Position numbers and translations under genes: made by a program
Assembly: GCA_008632985.1 (NCBI GenBank)
Contig: QPGO01000003.1
Location: forward strand, 682,001-746,000
Source: Psammoneis japonica
Taxonomy: Eukaryota
Length of the DNA: 64,000 nt
Direction of reading: 5' to 3'
Shown: one piece after another, positions 36,523 through 51,309 of the stretch
Layout of the letters: each line of letters begins with the position of its first letter
Position numbering within the stretch: position 1 is the first letter of the stretch
The notes under the pieces: model-generated
Seen by the model: the letters and a program-made list of their open reading frames with translations, nothing else
What the model was told of the DNA's origin: nothing
Database searches by the model: none

Positions 36523-38467
36523 GGTGTGCAGCAAGTGAAAAGTGGAAGTGCAGGAACTGAGAACAAACAATACGGGGTCGTTTTGTATTTCATAAACGGC
36601 ATATTACCTAATGTACGTTATTTTTGAATAAGGAAATTACTCCGATGAGAATGATCCACTCAGTAACGCGAACTTGTTTTTGGAATTTTGACTGGGCTAC
36701 CAGCCTCCACCGTACCACGATGACGTGCAAAGCAAGCGCAATCAACTCATCACCCGTCTCCACTTTGAACCGCTCGCTCTCTCAGCCAGTTCATTGTCCT
36801 TGCAATTGTGAGTTGGCAGAACAGGTGCAAACTGAGTGGGTGGCAGGATGAGATAGATTGACAGCGTTTTGTGGCTCATGCAAAGACGAAAAGCTTGCAA
36901 GAGCCAACTGAGTGATGCTGGGCGGCTGCACACACAAAGGTGAGTTGTTGGGCGGCACTGCTGGCCCAGCTTTGATGCTGCAGCTTGCTTCTGTTGTTCT
37001 TCAACCAAGCTGGCAATTGCAACAATGGCTCTCCTGTGACATGAGGAGCAACAACATGAAGTTGCCATCCCCTCACTCCTCGGGCTGCACCAGCAGCAGC
37101 ATGCCTTCCAACTTTTGTGCAAGCCAGGCGAGATCTCAGCTGTGGCGTCGCTCAAGCTGCTCCCACTGAAACCTTTGATGACATGCTCTTTTTGGCTGGA
37201 CTCATGTTGTGAGTGGAAGGGAGGGCTGCAGCCATTAGAAGGGTTGCAAAGCTGCTGCCAAATGAAGGGCAGGCGCACGCGCCATGTGGCGCAGCTGAGG
37301 CAGCAGCCATTTTGCGCAATGCTGCGCCAGCAGCCACGGCCACAAGTGACCATGCTGCACCTGGCAACATGGTCAGTTAGCAGATGTGTGACATGCATGC
37401 CACACAAAGTGTGGAAGCTGGCAAGAACTTTGTCTTTGCAGCTGGGCAGCCAGAGAGCAGCCTGGAGTCGGAGAGCAGATCGCAGCACGAAAATCACTGC
37501 CTTGCTGTTGCATGGTGGCATGCTCACACTGCTGGGTCAGACTCACTGCATGGAAAAAGCTTGTAAAAGGAACAACAGTTGACAGATGAAGCACAGAAAG
37601 GTCACAGAGCACAGGAAAGCTTGCCAGTTCTGCAAGCAGTGTGGGAAACAGACAGATGAGTGCGGCAGAAGAGTCAATGTCCACCATCCTCATGCTTTTT
37701 GAGCAGCATTTGACACTGACAATGGTCCACCATCAGTGTCATTTCTGCTTGCTCACCATGGCTGTGTTGGGGCCAGCATGCTGCAAAAGGACCAGCTCAT
37801 TTTGAGAAGAGACTGAGGGGGGTTGTCCCCGCATTTGTCCTGGAGCTGCCACGACATTTGAGTGAGGTCATTTGCTGAGTCTGTTTTGAACACAAAATTT
37901 GTTCATGTTCCTTCCACCCAATTGTGCACAAAAATGAGAGCACCATGGGTGTCATGATTGAAGCATGACAATGGTGCAGCCCTCCATTGACATTTCTCCA
38001 AATCACAGAGGGGCATCTGCAAACTGCTTTTGATGCAGATCGGACCTTTGGCGCACAAGGAACACAAAACAAATGAGAATTGACAGATGGACCACATCTG
38101 CCACAGACTCACAACTTGGTGTTTTGGTGACAGTGAAGCATGGTGAAGCTTGGGAAAAGCCGCGCAAATGTTGAGCTGCTGTTTGGCCAAATTTGAGTCA
38201 AAAAAAGAGTGGCAAATGACCCCCCTTTTAAGGAAATTAGGTGCCAGAGAGTCATGCACAGGATGTGCGGCAGAGATTGGTGGGAAGCAGAGAGGTGAAG
38301 GGGTGGAGGGAAAAAAGGGGCACCTGAGGTGTGGACATGCAGATGGGGGGGGGGGGGGGGGATGAACTGGGGTTGCATGACTCCTGAAAATGCCACCAAC
38401 AAATGTTGTGATCAGCACTGCTTCTTGCAACTGCCATCAGAAGACAGCTCTGCAATTTTTTCAGTGG

Positions 38468-38746
38468 CATGCTGGCAGTGATTGCACCATGCTCCTGCCC
38501 AATGAGGCAGAAATTCTTGGCTCTGATGCTGTGCTGTCGCCAACACATTGTTTGGGCAATGGAGCCATTCATGTTGAAGCTCAACTCAAAATTGTCCAAA
38601 CCAACCAAAACGGTGACTTGAGCAGGAGCCCTCAAGAACAGATTGCACTTTTCAAAAAAGGATTTGGGCAATCTGCACCTGCTGCTGATGTGGAGGTTGC
38701 ACAAGCTGCACTTGCATCTGTCAGTGATGACAATTGTTGTGATGTG
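38468..38746 (+). pseudogene. Hypermutated paralog fragment of the gene at 27245-27802
   Basis: Codon-by-codon alignment to the reverse complement of 27356-27625: AGSDCT.LLPNE.EI..SDAV...PQEQIALFKKGF.QS.P.ADVEVAQA. Confidence 0.9.
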
Positions 38747-39749
38747 AGACTGGCAGTGGGCACAGGTGTAAAAAAAAACAGCATGAGCATGGCATTTTAC
38801 AGCATTGTGGATGAGTGTCCATCCATGGAAGCAAGATGCTCATCAAGAACAAGTCATGTGATCACTCATGTGGTGCCAGCACACTGGTCTCTCTAGAAAA
38901 AGGAAAAAGAAATGTGCGCCAAACTCTGCAGCTGGCTTGGCAGCTCTTCTTTGCTTGTGCCTGTGACCAGCTCCTTTGGGCATCTTTTGCTGCACATCCT
39001 GATTGTCACAAAAATGTTGATCAAACCAGGAGGTGTTGTGCATCTTAAAGTGAGCACACATGGAGTTGATGTGCCAAGCCTGTTGCAAGAGGAGAGAACA
39101 AGAAAGTGCAGGAAGTGAGCATTGTTGGGCCAAGATGTGACAAATTGTGATGCATCATTTGTCAGTGCACTGTTCTTTCTGCATTTCAGCTTGTCAGCAG
39201 CTGCACCACCTTTGGGGTCTCTCTGCCAGCTTTTGGGAAACCTGGACATCAAATCTCACATGGCCTGGGGGGCACAAAGCCAGGAAAAGTGTTGGGAAGG
39301 AGCACTGCCAAGGAGTTCTTTCTCAATCATGGCAGCAGCAGTGGGGCAACAAATCAGTGTTTCAGGGTCATGTGGTGGTTTCTCCATTTGAGACTTGTGT
39401 GGTGGTGCTGCAGCAGTGCTGCACAAAAAATGACCCCTCACTGCCACACTCTGCATGAGGACTCCAGCTCTGCAAGAGATCAGAGGGCCAGCCACTTTCC
39501 CATGCATGGCAACAGCCTTGCACAAATCAAAACTCTCAACAAGATGCCAAAAAAGAAGGATGGAAGAAAAGAAGGAAAACAAGAAAAGCAAAGAAGAAGC
39601 AGAAGCCTGTGTGCCAGAAAATGCACAACCGCTGATCCTCTCTGTGCCACCTGCAGACTTCTCTGGCACACTTGTGTGCACTTTCTCAGCACAGTGGTTT
39701 CCTCTTTGTGCAACGATGCTCAGCTGGGTGCTCGAATTTTTCAAAGCAA

Positions 39750-41400
39750 AATGAGATTTTGGGCATTTTTGCAGTGGTCCTGGTCATGGTTGCAGATGAG
39801 AATGCAGGCAGTCTCTCACAGTGCACCTGCAGTGAGAGGTGGCATCAGGTGGGCAGATGGTGTGGTGCTGTTAAGGACATGGTGGCCATCTGGCCATGGC
39901 ACTGCACTGCATCATGCCAGTGAGCACACGGCTGTTCATCTTTCATGTTTGCACAAAATGTGAAATGTTGCTGTTTGGCGCAACAATGCAAAGTTTGCAA
40001 CCATGATGAAATGAGTCTTTTTTGTTGAGCGTGTGCTCCAGCAACCCAGCTCATGAACCACACCACCAGTGCCTGCTGGATCACTCAGGAAACATGGGAT
40101 CCAGTCATTTGTGCAGCACACACATCAACACATTGACTGCTGCAAAAAAAAAAAGCCAAACAAAAACTTTTGAACATGTTGATGCACCCTGTTTGAAGAA
40201 CTTTTTTGAAAATGTTCAATGCTGATCCAGTGTCTGAAGCACATGGCATGACACCAATGGACCTGATGCATGTGCTTGATGAGGGGTTGTGAAGAAGATG
40301 CTTGAGGTGTTTTGTGGTCATCTGGGTCAGAACAGAAGTGCTGATCTTGACCACATTTTTCAGCTGACAGTCAACACAAAGGTGTGGGCAGATTTGTCCA
40401 GCCACCCTTGGGCTGAGTTCTCTGCCAGTGTCACCAGCCTCCATTGCCTGCAAGCTGCAGAGCATGTCAGAGTCCTGTTTTGCACTTGTGTTCTTCTTTG
40501 AATGGGAGTTAGAAAGAGGCAATTTATGGATCTGCTTGAGAATTGCCACATGAAATTGGCACGCACTGCAGCCACTTGAGAGACAACTCCTGTTCCACCC
40601 ATGAGATGTCATCAAACCACATGGATCAACCATGACAATGCCAAGACACGTGCCATTGACAACTGGTCAAAACTTTTGGAAACATTGCTTTGCTTCCATG
40701 CTTGGGCAAAGAGACCCCTGCTGGGTTTTGGAGTGCAGCTGACATCAAAGAAAGAGCAGCTGCAAGGCAAAGGCAGCTGTGTCATTGGTGCAATGACAAA
40801 GGGCATTCTGGGAATGTCTCCAAAAAGTGGGACAAAGAGGAAGAGCAGCAAGTTGAGTGTGCATTGGAATGGATGGGATCTACAAAAGACAGGATGATGC
40901 CTGAAGCACTTGCTGAGAATTGTTTTGTGGTTCCCTGAAATGACACTGGAGCAAGAACCACAAGTGCTTTGCAAAAGACCTGGGCCTGCAGGCATGGAAT
41001 TGACACTCCTTGTTTCTTTTTCAAGCCATGAAAAACCTGCACAGGAAAGTGTTTGTAGAAACACCAAGGTTGGATTTTGGTCTGTCTTCCAGGCAAACCA
41101 AAAACAAAAGGAGAATGAGGATGGTGGTGGCACTGAGCTCCAAACAACTTTCATGCCTCCTGTCCACATGGTCAGTGCCACAGGAGAGGCTGAGATGTGG
41201 GCACATGCACTGCAGCAGTGGTTCTTGAAAATGCAAGGCCTGGAGCTTCTGCCCACGGCTGCAAGCCATTTGTGCTGTTTCATCCAAATGATGCACTCTC
41301 CCCATGCATCCTCCATTCTCTGTGCCACAGAGGCGCACACAGAAGGTGCAGGTTGAACAAGGGCTCACCCAAGTTGCCAGCCCAGGAAACCTGTGTGCAG
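39750..41400 (+). mobile_element. Decayed Plavaka/CACTA-related transposase
   Basis: KNFFENV..ADPVSEAHGMTPMDLMHVLDEG, LLETLLCFHAW and WNGWDLQK resemble Plavaka-type transposase motifs as recalled. Limits are approximate. Confidence 0.5.
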
Positions 41401-44400
41401 TTGGGTCAAGTTTGTGCAGGTGCGTTGCCGCTGGCAACATTGCATTGCAGCAATGGCTGTTTGTTTTGTGCTTCAAACAGGAGGAGAACAACTCAACCTG
41501 CCATGGGCATTGGTCCACTGGTGCAATCATCTTCTGACTGGCAAGCCCAGCTGGCTTGAGCCCTCCCTGTTGGAACAATGTGCAAAGGCACACCCAGGAC
41601 AAGGCCATTGTTTGACCTCACTGAGCTGACACAGACAAAAACAAAGATGTGCCAGTGTTTGAGGACAACCCAATTTTGAAGGAGATGGAGCCATGGTGGA
41701 ACATGGTGACAAGAGAGAAGGTGGGACAGCCAGGCTGCAAATTGTTGGAGCAGGATGCACCAACTTTGCATGAGGAAGTCAAGCCAAGATTGTGCACATG
41801 ACACAAAAAGATGAGTGTGACAAAGAGGCTGAACATGTCTGTTGGAGAGCCACTCTGCACAGTTGTGGCAGGTGCCACATGATTCACCTGGGGTGCTGTT
41901 GAAAGAATGCAGGTTTGCAGCTGCACTTGTGGGGTTGTTTGTTCATTTAGCATGGGAAAACCCAATGGAAAAATGAGAGCTGCATGGATCACCCCTCTGA
42001 CAAAGTCACAAAGAACCAAGCTTGTGGGGATGGGAAAAATTTCCTGATGTGATCAGCCCCTTTCCATCCCCAAGCTGGGATGGCATGGCCACTCCAGCAC
42101 CACCAACATGTGCTGCAATGTGAGCTTGCCAGCACATTTGGGGGGGGGGGGGACAGGGTGGGCCCAGATGGAGAGCTGTGGCCAAGGCTGCATGGCCAAG
42201 GTTTGGTGGCAGTGAACAGCACTTCAATGCTGGGATGAAAGACAAAGTTGCAGAGCCAGCAAGTGTGCAGCTGGCAAAGTTGTGCACAGCTGGCTCCACC
42301 TGCCCAAGAGCTGGTCATCAGTGCCCACATGGGCACACAACAGCACCATGGCCCCAACTGTTTGGGGGGGCAACGAGTGCACAAATGTCTGACTTGGCAT
42401 GTGAGAGCTCAAGCAGGGCACAGATTGGATGAAGCCACACCAGTCCATTCTCCCAGGCACAAAGAGGAACAAGAAAGCCAGCACAGTCATGCAATGGCTT
42501 GCGTTCCTGGGTTGGTGCTTGCAAATGTGGCATGGATGATCCATGCCAAAGGACAGCAAGGTTCCAGAACCCCTGGGGTGAAAGATCAAAGCTCTCCTGG
42601 AAGCTTTTGTAAATTGGCAGTCTTGTGCAAGGAAAGTCCTGAATCAGCTTGTCCAAAGGTGTCCACGTTGATGTGGCATGAGGCAAATGGTCATGGAAAT
42701 GGCATCAATGATCCGCCCCAGTTCTTCTTTTCTGTGTGGTCCAAGTCACGTCCTCTTGTCTGAGCTTCTCAACACTCATGTGTTCTTTTGCGGGTGATGT
42801 GATCTTGGGAATTGAGTGGTTGGAAGACGTTGTTGATCACGAGGTGGAGAAAATGTTGTGTTCTGCAATTCGTGACGCATGCCGAAAGAAGCTTTCAAAC
42901 CCTCTAAGGGCACATTTGTGCTCGTCAAATTCAGGAATCCTACAAATGACGATGGTTTTTTCTGCTGTGGTGGCGATGGCACCTTCCTGCACTCAGGAGT
43001 CACTCTCGAAATTGCCGGAGAAAAGTGCTTTCCCATTCCTGCCAGCCCCAGCATCCAACCCCTGACACGCATTCATCCAGGTGCATCCTGCACATTCTTT
43101 TGGCAGTTGTCCATTGGTGCTCCGACCCTCCGACAAAAACTTCCAGCTCATTTGCACAAGATTTGCTTTGAAACCCCCAAAAGACTGGAACCCAGGCATG
43201 CTGTCATTGTCATTTGTCAGCATCCTTTTGTCACATTTTCGGGTTTGTTCCAAACTGAACGTCAGTGAGGGCACTGTTTTTGCTCACAACACAGGGATTC
43301 TTACGACCAGTGTGCCGATCGGGGACATGGGATCTGCTGGTTCTCTGCCTCCATGGATTTGCCAGGTGTCCTTGATGGAATGCAAAAGCACTGTGGCGCT
43401 CTGTCCACTTCTTTGGACATTGCAAGCAAAGGGGCGTGCATCGAAGAACCCCTTGCAATTGTTTCCAGACAGTGTCAGCCCGCGCCAGAAGTCCATGTCT
43501 AGCCAAGCCCACTTTGGTCCCATTTCCAATTGCTGCTTCACACAAAAGTAGTTCATCTCCATCAATCCGTCTCACTCTGTGACATCGGATCTCTGCTGAG
43601 TGTGTGAATGCCTTCACCCAGCTTTGTGACAAATTGACGTCCCCAGAGGGCAAGCGCATTCATCCCAATGTCATTTGGGGGCTGACGGTTGTGAGAAACC
43701 AAGTGACGAAGATTGACAATGACTCCAGCCCCTGAAGCTGCAATCAAAGGACCCAAGGCAGTGTTTGCTGCAGTGGTGGCATGCGCCATTGCCAATCCCC
43801 CCTGGAAAGATGTCAACCCCGCAATGACGTGTGGCGATGCCGTGGTGCCATGGTTCACTGCGATTGCTGTCACAATGGCAGCGGCCAAGAGAGACGGAGT
43901 CATTGGCATGGTGCCCCCAAGGAATGCTGGCAAGGCCGCAATGGCAAGTGTGCCAAGATGCGTGTGAAGAGTGTTCAACGAGACATTGTGGGCACACGGC
44001 AGTTTGCACCGCAGAGATAGAAACAGCAACAGCAGACAACTTGGGAGGTGTAAATTGACCAGTTGCTAAATTGTGAGAACAAAACTGCTCCACTCGACAA
44101 CCAACGAGAATTTGTAAAGAACAACAAGTGACCCGCATTTGCACCAGACTCAACACAGATGAATGTGGTGTAAAGACTTGTCAGGAACAAGAAGTTCTTG
44201 ATTGCACAAAAGAAGAACAGAAGTGAGGCTCGATTCTCGATTTGAACCCCAGACCTCCGATCTCATTTGTTTCTCGATCTGTGATTGGGTGAGTCGCTGG
44301 TGGTGGTTGATGGCAGTTTCTGAGCGGTCATTGTCACACGCGGGACTTGATGGTGTGCTGATGCATGAATGTGTGTGTTCTCACAGACATCATGATGGTC

Positions 44401-46029
44401 CATGACAATCACCAGGTCCAGATCCAGAAGCATGGATTCTTTGGAGAGACTGGTGACAATCTTGGATTTTTCAGTGCTGCGAAGCTTGGACCAGACCCCA
44501 TCAAAGGAATCCTCTCCAGGGCTTGAAGGCGGGGAACACAAATCCAGACATTTCAACTCTGGAACACCTGCAGATCTGCTGAGTTTGACATCTTGTGGTT
44601 GGGGCAGTGTCGGCAATGGGAGGAGGATCAAGCAAAGACACAAACGGCAATGGGGTCGTGAAGGACAGTGCGCTTCAGTGCCCGTTGCTCTTTGCTTTCG
44701 ACACATGACTTTGAGCTTTCAATTTCTCCAAGAACACAGAACACAAAACGCAAATTGACACAAAAGCCATTCTTGCTGCCCCTCCATGCACTTGCCGTGG
44801 CAGGGACGGATGCAAGTGCAAAATGCCGCATGCATGCATGGAAATTGTCGCACACAGACAGACTGCCACTTCGATTTTCCTTGCAAGTGGCAACATCCAT
44901 GTTGTTCATGTTGGGTGTGTTTTCTCATTGGAGCAATTTCCTTGATCAAAAAGAAGTGTGTTTGGGTTTGATGTGTCCACCCAACTCATGCGGCAGCCAC
45001 TTCCTGCAGGAAAAGCTGCTGGAGGTTGGTTGGTGGCAGGTGGTGTGCAGCCAAAGAAATGGCCAAGAGCCTCTCCACTCAAATGAACCATGCACCTGCA
45101 GTGTTGACCACTGCTGAGGCCCTCAGAAGCTCAGTGAGTGCTCTGCTCTAGAAACGTGCATCAGAGACCTGCAGAAGGGGCCATGAATCACAGGTTGTCA
45201 AACCCCGCCATCTCATGGCACGTGCATGCACGCAAACATTCATTGACCCCCCTCCAGATTGAAATCAACATTCACTTGTTGGGAGTGCAACATTTTTATT
45301 TATTTTCACCATCCTGATTGGTGCACATTTTTGGGCTTGTTGCTCCCAGACGTGTGTGATTTAATGTGCACTCATTGACTTGAGTGCCAAATGCTTGTGT
45401 TTCTTTCCAACTGAAAAATGTTCATTTTCACATTGCATGTGGTGTTTTTGCCAAAAGCACTGCATTTCCGTCCTCATGATGAATGTCAGTCATTCAGCAA
45501 AATTTTCACCTTTTTCTGTTTCTCCTTCAAAGCCCATCCTCGCCGTTGTCTCACAACTGTTCCGTTTGCAACATTTGTCTGACCAATTGTGCACAGGGCA
45601 TTTGTCCCTTCCACTTGTGATCTGCAGATCCAATCCCCTGTGTTTTTGGTGAATCAGTGCAGAACCACAAAAGCAGTGTGACGAGGAGTCTGCAGGATTC
45701 CACGTCCACTGTTTTTGTCATGATTGCGCATGGCGGTTTGCCTCTTCCGCCTTTGCAATCATGCCGACAACAATGTGCAATGTACAAAGAAACAAAAAAT
45801 GTCAAGACATCAATTGTCAACTGTTGTTGCTCAAAACCACAGCCCACTTGACATGATTCTTCAGGACTTGTCCATTTGGATTTTGACTTGCTGATGGCGA
45901 TCCAATGTTTTGACGTGTGTTTGCAAATGATGCTGCAAAGCACATCTCAATTTTGCAAGTTGGTGGACAACCACCATGTTGTTGATTGTGCATGGTGTTT
46001 GGTGTTGAGCAGCTGAACAAGTGTCACAA

Positions 46030-46400
46030 AGATGTGGCTGCATTGTTGTGAACTCCATCTCTCTCAAGGTCAGAGAAGAGTTGTTCAAGGAACAAGCAAC
46101 ACAGTTGAAGAAGCATGGTGCTGCAGTGGCAGTTGTGGTGTTTGACAAACAAGGACAAACTGCAGCCAAGGAGGACAAGGTTTGTGTGTGCAAACACTTG
46201 CACAACATTCTTGAAGTGGGTTGCCCTCCAGAAGATGTTGTGTTTGATCCCAGTGTGTTTGATGATTGGCACCAGCATGGAGGAACATGCAAACTGTGGA
46301 GTGGACTTCATCAACACAACAAAGACCATCAAGGAACAGCATCTGCATGCAAAGGTTGGTGATGGCATTTCAAACCTTTCATTTGGATTCCAAGGAGGCA
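46030..46400 (+). pseudogene. METH: Fragment of cobalamin-dependent methionine synthase (pterin-binding domain)
   Basis: CIVVNSISLKVREELFKEQATQLKKHGAAVAVVVFDKQGQ...PPEDVVFDP, then IGTSMEEHANCGVDFINTTKTIKEQ..HAKVGDGISNLSFGF. Confidence 0.9.
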
Positions 46401-49400
46401 AGCTTTTTTGGTGGATGTCATGTTGCAGGTTCTGCATGAAGCAATGTGGGGGGGCATGGGGTGCACCATGTGGTTTGTTTTGGAAAAGGCAAGAAGAACT
46501 GCAATGTGCACAAATCATCCTCTCTTGTGTTGCCAACACACTGATGCACATTCCTCTTGTTCAAAATGCAATCTGTCTCATTGATGCTTTCTTTGGAATG
46601 GGTCAAATGTGGATTGCGTTGTGCGGTGTGTCCGGGCACTCTAGCCAAGATTGGTTTGCAGAAGCTGGATTGGCATCCATGGGGATGGACTCCAATGATG
46701 TCTCAGCCAGTGCTTCAATCATGCTCACCCTGCACTGGTGTGCTCATCATTGCAGACACAGGTGAGTTGCATCCTTCACCAAAGACATTTGGAGATTTGC
46801 AGCCCAAAAGTGTGCTCTCTTTGGTTTCTGACTGGCATGGAGTTTTGTTTCTAATCTCAGTTTTCATTCCATTGCAGTTCATTTCCCATCACAGTCAGCA
46901 TCTTTGTGCCAGAAATGGACAAGCAGCAGTGCAGCAAATGACAAGCTGTGCACAGGTTTGATCCTCAAATTGCTTTGCATTTGATTTCAACATCACTTTG
47001 CCTCACAAAAAACAGAGTGAGGGGTTTGTCCCATGGAAATGTCACAGCAGTTGGCAGGGAACTTGTCAACACATTCATGATGTTGCAACAAAGAATTGCT
47101 GTCATGCAAGTGGCACCACCTCCTTTTCCATCACCAGGGCAGGCAAAATTTGATGAGTTGGTTGTGCAGAAACAAAACCGCAAGTTGTTTGAGCTGCTCA
47201 CAAATGCTCATGGCACAGCTTAGAAGAAAATGAATCAGCAATGATGCCTGCAAGCATGGCTTTCTTACAAGCATTGCAAAGCTCTTTGTGGAGAAGCAAC
47301 CCAACAAGTCACAACAAGAATTTGAAGCCAGGCTCAACTGTTTTGAGAAACCTCATGTCAAGCAATGTCAAGTTTGATGCAAGGAGAAACTTTTTTTGAA
47401 GACTGGAACAACAGGCAGCTGTGCGGAGAGCAAGAGACAGCATTTTTTGCAAGCCCTTCAAGTGCCACACGAGAATGCAACCAAATTGCTCCAATGAAAA
47501 CAGCCTGTTCTGGGGAAGCATGCAAAGTGCAATCAATGACAGCATTGAGATTGCACTTGCATCTTTGCAATTGATTCCAAACAATCACCATGATTTGATG
47601 CATCCAAGGTTCCAACACTGCATTGGATGCAACGGCGCACTGCTTCTTCTTTTTTGTGAAAAGCACAGACAAGATCATTGACCCCAGCATGGGCAGGAGT
47701 GCAGTCATGGAACTGTCACCGGTTCTCAGAGGCACTGGTTCTGTCTGAGGGCCATGCACAAGGTGGTGGCACAATGATGTTTAGATTGAACCAGCTCCTC
47801 ATGGGAAATGGCATGAAAGCCTCCCTTCCCAGGCTTTCAAATGATCATGATGCAAAAGCTGCAGCAGACTCCTTTGATGCACTGGCAAATTTTGTGTGTG
47901 GAGATGAAATGATGGAGTCACAGCACACACGTGCAATTGTGGCTTTTGAAACAATGGTTGGAAATGCAAGCTCAACTCAGGAGCAATCACGGTGTCTCAA
48001 AAGTTTTTGTTTGGTGCGTTGTCATTGAGTCAGGACAAAATCAATGAAACTGCTGCTGCCTGTTACAAGGTTGTTGCTGGGGTTGACACGATTGTCACAC
48101 AGGAAGCTGCCATGAGAAAAATGGTTTCCAGCAAAGCTCTTTCTCAGTCTGATGAAATTCTTGCCTTGGAGGTGCATCGAAACATTGCTGCAAGAAAACA
48201 TGCAAGACTGTCCATTGAAAGCAAGCATCAACCTTCAAAATCCTGCCACCCAAAAGTGGTGAGCAACACAAGGAAAAGCTTTGATCCAATGAATTTCTGC
48301 TTCTTGCAAAATCTTTGTAACAGGGCAAGCAACTGCCCGCAAAATTGACAGGCTGCACCGGAGTTGTCACACAGTGCAATCAGCTCCAACCAAACTTCCT
48401 GCACAAGTGAAAAGGTTGGTGGACCAGGTGCCTTGTCCAAGGGATCAGAGTTGGTGGTGGTGGGAGGGATCATGATGGGTGGATCTGGGGGCAAGGTGGA
48501 TTCTTCAGAAGCCTCATCCAGAGGAGAGGAAAAAGAAGCACCAAGAGTGCCAGGGAACATTTCACAAGAAAAAGAGTCATTGTCACATTTGTTGCTGTCC
48601 TCCTCCTCTTCCTCCTCTGCTTCTTCATTGCGGGTGGGGTGGGCTCCAAGTCTTCTTTGGGTGGGAAACTGGGTGGGTCATCATCTCCATTGAAATCTGT
48701 GCTGGGATTTGCTGACTTGTCTTTCTCAGAGGCAGCAATGGATGGCTGACAAGCATTTTGCTGTTCTTGGAAAACAAAAATGGCAGCTTGCAACAACTGG
48801 CTCAATTGAGTTGTGGCAGATGCACTGGGACAGGCTGCATTTTGCCTGATGCTACATTGGCAGCAACAATGGCAAGGAAGCATGCCAAACAAAGCATCCA
48901 GTTGGAAAAGGAAGGCTGTGGAAGTGGGATGAAACAATTTGATGCTTGCTCACAACCATTTGTTGGCAAGCAGATGTCTGACATTTTTGAATCAAACCAT
49001 TGAGTGGAGACTCAGTTCATTTTTGAATGAGACTCAATTGGCATGCTGGCAACAGCCGTTAGAGAGTTGGCCACAAAGAGACATTTCACATCATGTCACA
49101 CACACATGCAGACATTGATGCACAGATTGGATTGCATGGAGGATCCATTTAAATTCCAATGTAGATGTGCAGCCAAATAAAAAAATGTGGGGAGGAAATG
49201 CCCTTTTCAGGCAAGCAAAAAAACACAAAGAAGGGAAAAAGACAACTGTCACATGCACATGATCTGCCAGACTCAACCGCATCCATCACCTTGCTCACTT
49301 CAGTGCACTTCAGCACACACCAGAAAAATCACTGCAGCAGCAGTGGAGGATGATGGTCATCATGGAGTGGCAAATGAGCTGCACCAAATGGATGGCGGAT

Positions 49401-51309
49401 CATGCCAAGGCAATGCAGGACACAGCAAAGGTGAGAGAACATGTCAAGGAAACATCATTCCCAAGTGTCACGCCCATGTTCAACAACAAGGAAATGGAGG
49501 AAACAGGGATGCTCTGCAGAGACAATGAACAGAAAAATGTGGCCCAAGATGATGGATGGGATGCTGCAGGAACTGCCCGAGACAGAGCAAAAAATGCAGC
49601 TGCTCCACCTGTGGCTTACGATGAAACAAAAAAAGATGTGTCAGGAGTGGCTGGCAACAAAGAGGTCCAATGCATGCCAGGCACAGCAGGACAAGTTCCA
49701 CAGTGAGTGCAACCAGAGGGTGCAATGAGAGTGGCCATTGCAGCTGCCAACAGTGTTGTCACTTGCTTTCCCTGCTGCAAGAAATGCAGCTCTTTGTGCA
49801 TGCTGTGATGACAACAATTGCATCTTGCCATCCACAGACAGATTCCAAGATCACTTGGGAAACCCAGCTTTGCAGACAGTGTTCTGCAACTGCATGCTGC
49901 ATCTGATTGTTGGAGACACACACTGGAAAGATGAAAGATTGCATTTCCAAGGACAAGAGGATGAGTGCAGCATGTGCCAAGGCGCTTGCCCACATGTTCC
50001 TTAAGAACAACTGCAATGCATGGCATGCCAACTGCAAGAGCAAAAACAAGGATGGGACTCAGATGCCAGATGACAATGTGGAGGTTGATGATGAAGGAGG
50101 CCTGACAGTCCAAGAGGGAAGCAAGGGCTTGCATGAGACCATCATGCCAGACCCGACAGCTGAGGAGCAGGATGACTAGGACAAGAGCATGTTTGCACTC
50201 CTCCAGAAAGATCCACAAGAGCCGTCAGAGGAAGATGCATCTGCACAAGAACCAAAACAGAAGTTCAAGGATGCAAGGAAGAGTCCATCACAAAATGGGA
50301 CACGATGGTGAAGAAGATCAGAGACAAGCCAAAGATGACTGTGGCACAAGTCACAGCTCTGACTGAGGTTACAAAAGGGGTTGTTGACATCCAAAACAAT
50401 GTGGGTGCATCTGGCAAGAAGAGAAAGGTTGTCAGGAAACTCAAGCATTTTGCGGCAGCAAAGCCAAAAGACACAGACAGGAATGCGGAAGCACAAGACA
50501 CCAAGGGAAGAGCAAAGGGTGGTTGCCAAAGGCCAACAAGTTCTTTGTTGACATGGTCATGGAGATCAAGCAAGATGTTGCATGTGGATGCCTTGGCCGG
50601 TGGGAAGAGCTCTACAAAGCCATTGCAACTGAGCAAGATCAACGGGCAGCAAAAGAAGCACAAGATGGCTCGGATGATGAAGAGATGACCACCAGGTGAC
50701 TCTGCCAAAATCTGTGAACTGGAGTTGGTGGCAGTTTAGTTGAGATTAACTCTGCAGCAATGACTTGCATGCACGCATGTTGACAATCAATTGCAGCAGC
50801 ACAATGCATGCAACAAATGGATTGGACAATGGAGGTGATTGTTTGAACATGAAAGTCAACTGATTGACTTTGACAGCAAAGATTGAAAATGAATCCAAAT
50901 GTCACATTTGATCATCACCTGGTTGGCAACAACAATCCAAATGAAATCCCACAAAGCAACTTGTTCAGTGTTGCAAACTGATTGAGTTGCAGCTCACTCA
51001 TTGGGATCAATGGATGGCTGTTTGTTGATGTCTCCAGACATTTGTTGGTTTGCATGAACATTTGTTCATTTTCAATCACACCTGTTCATGGCAAACAGGT
51101 GTGACTCATGTTAAATGACAACAAGTCTTCATCACAAAATAAATTGTGTGCTGACACTCACACACGCTGTCTGCAACATTGTCCGTTGGTCTGACCACAA
51201 GACAATTCATGAAAACAGGCCTCTGATGTGCTGTGGGCTGCTGCACCATGACTGTGCATGGCATGAGTGAGCAGTGGGAGGCTGGACTCGGCAACTGCAC
51301 TGACAAGTT

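Noticed and set aside
38345..38361. Long G runs here and near 42140
   Set aside because: Simple homopolymers of unreliable length with no supporting structure.
41900..45200. Possible decayed genes, including a hydrophobic ORF at 43562-44029
   Set aside because: No family motif I could recognise with confidence.
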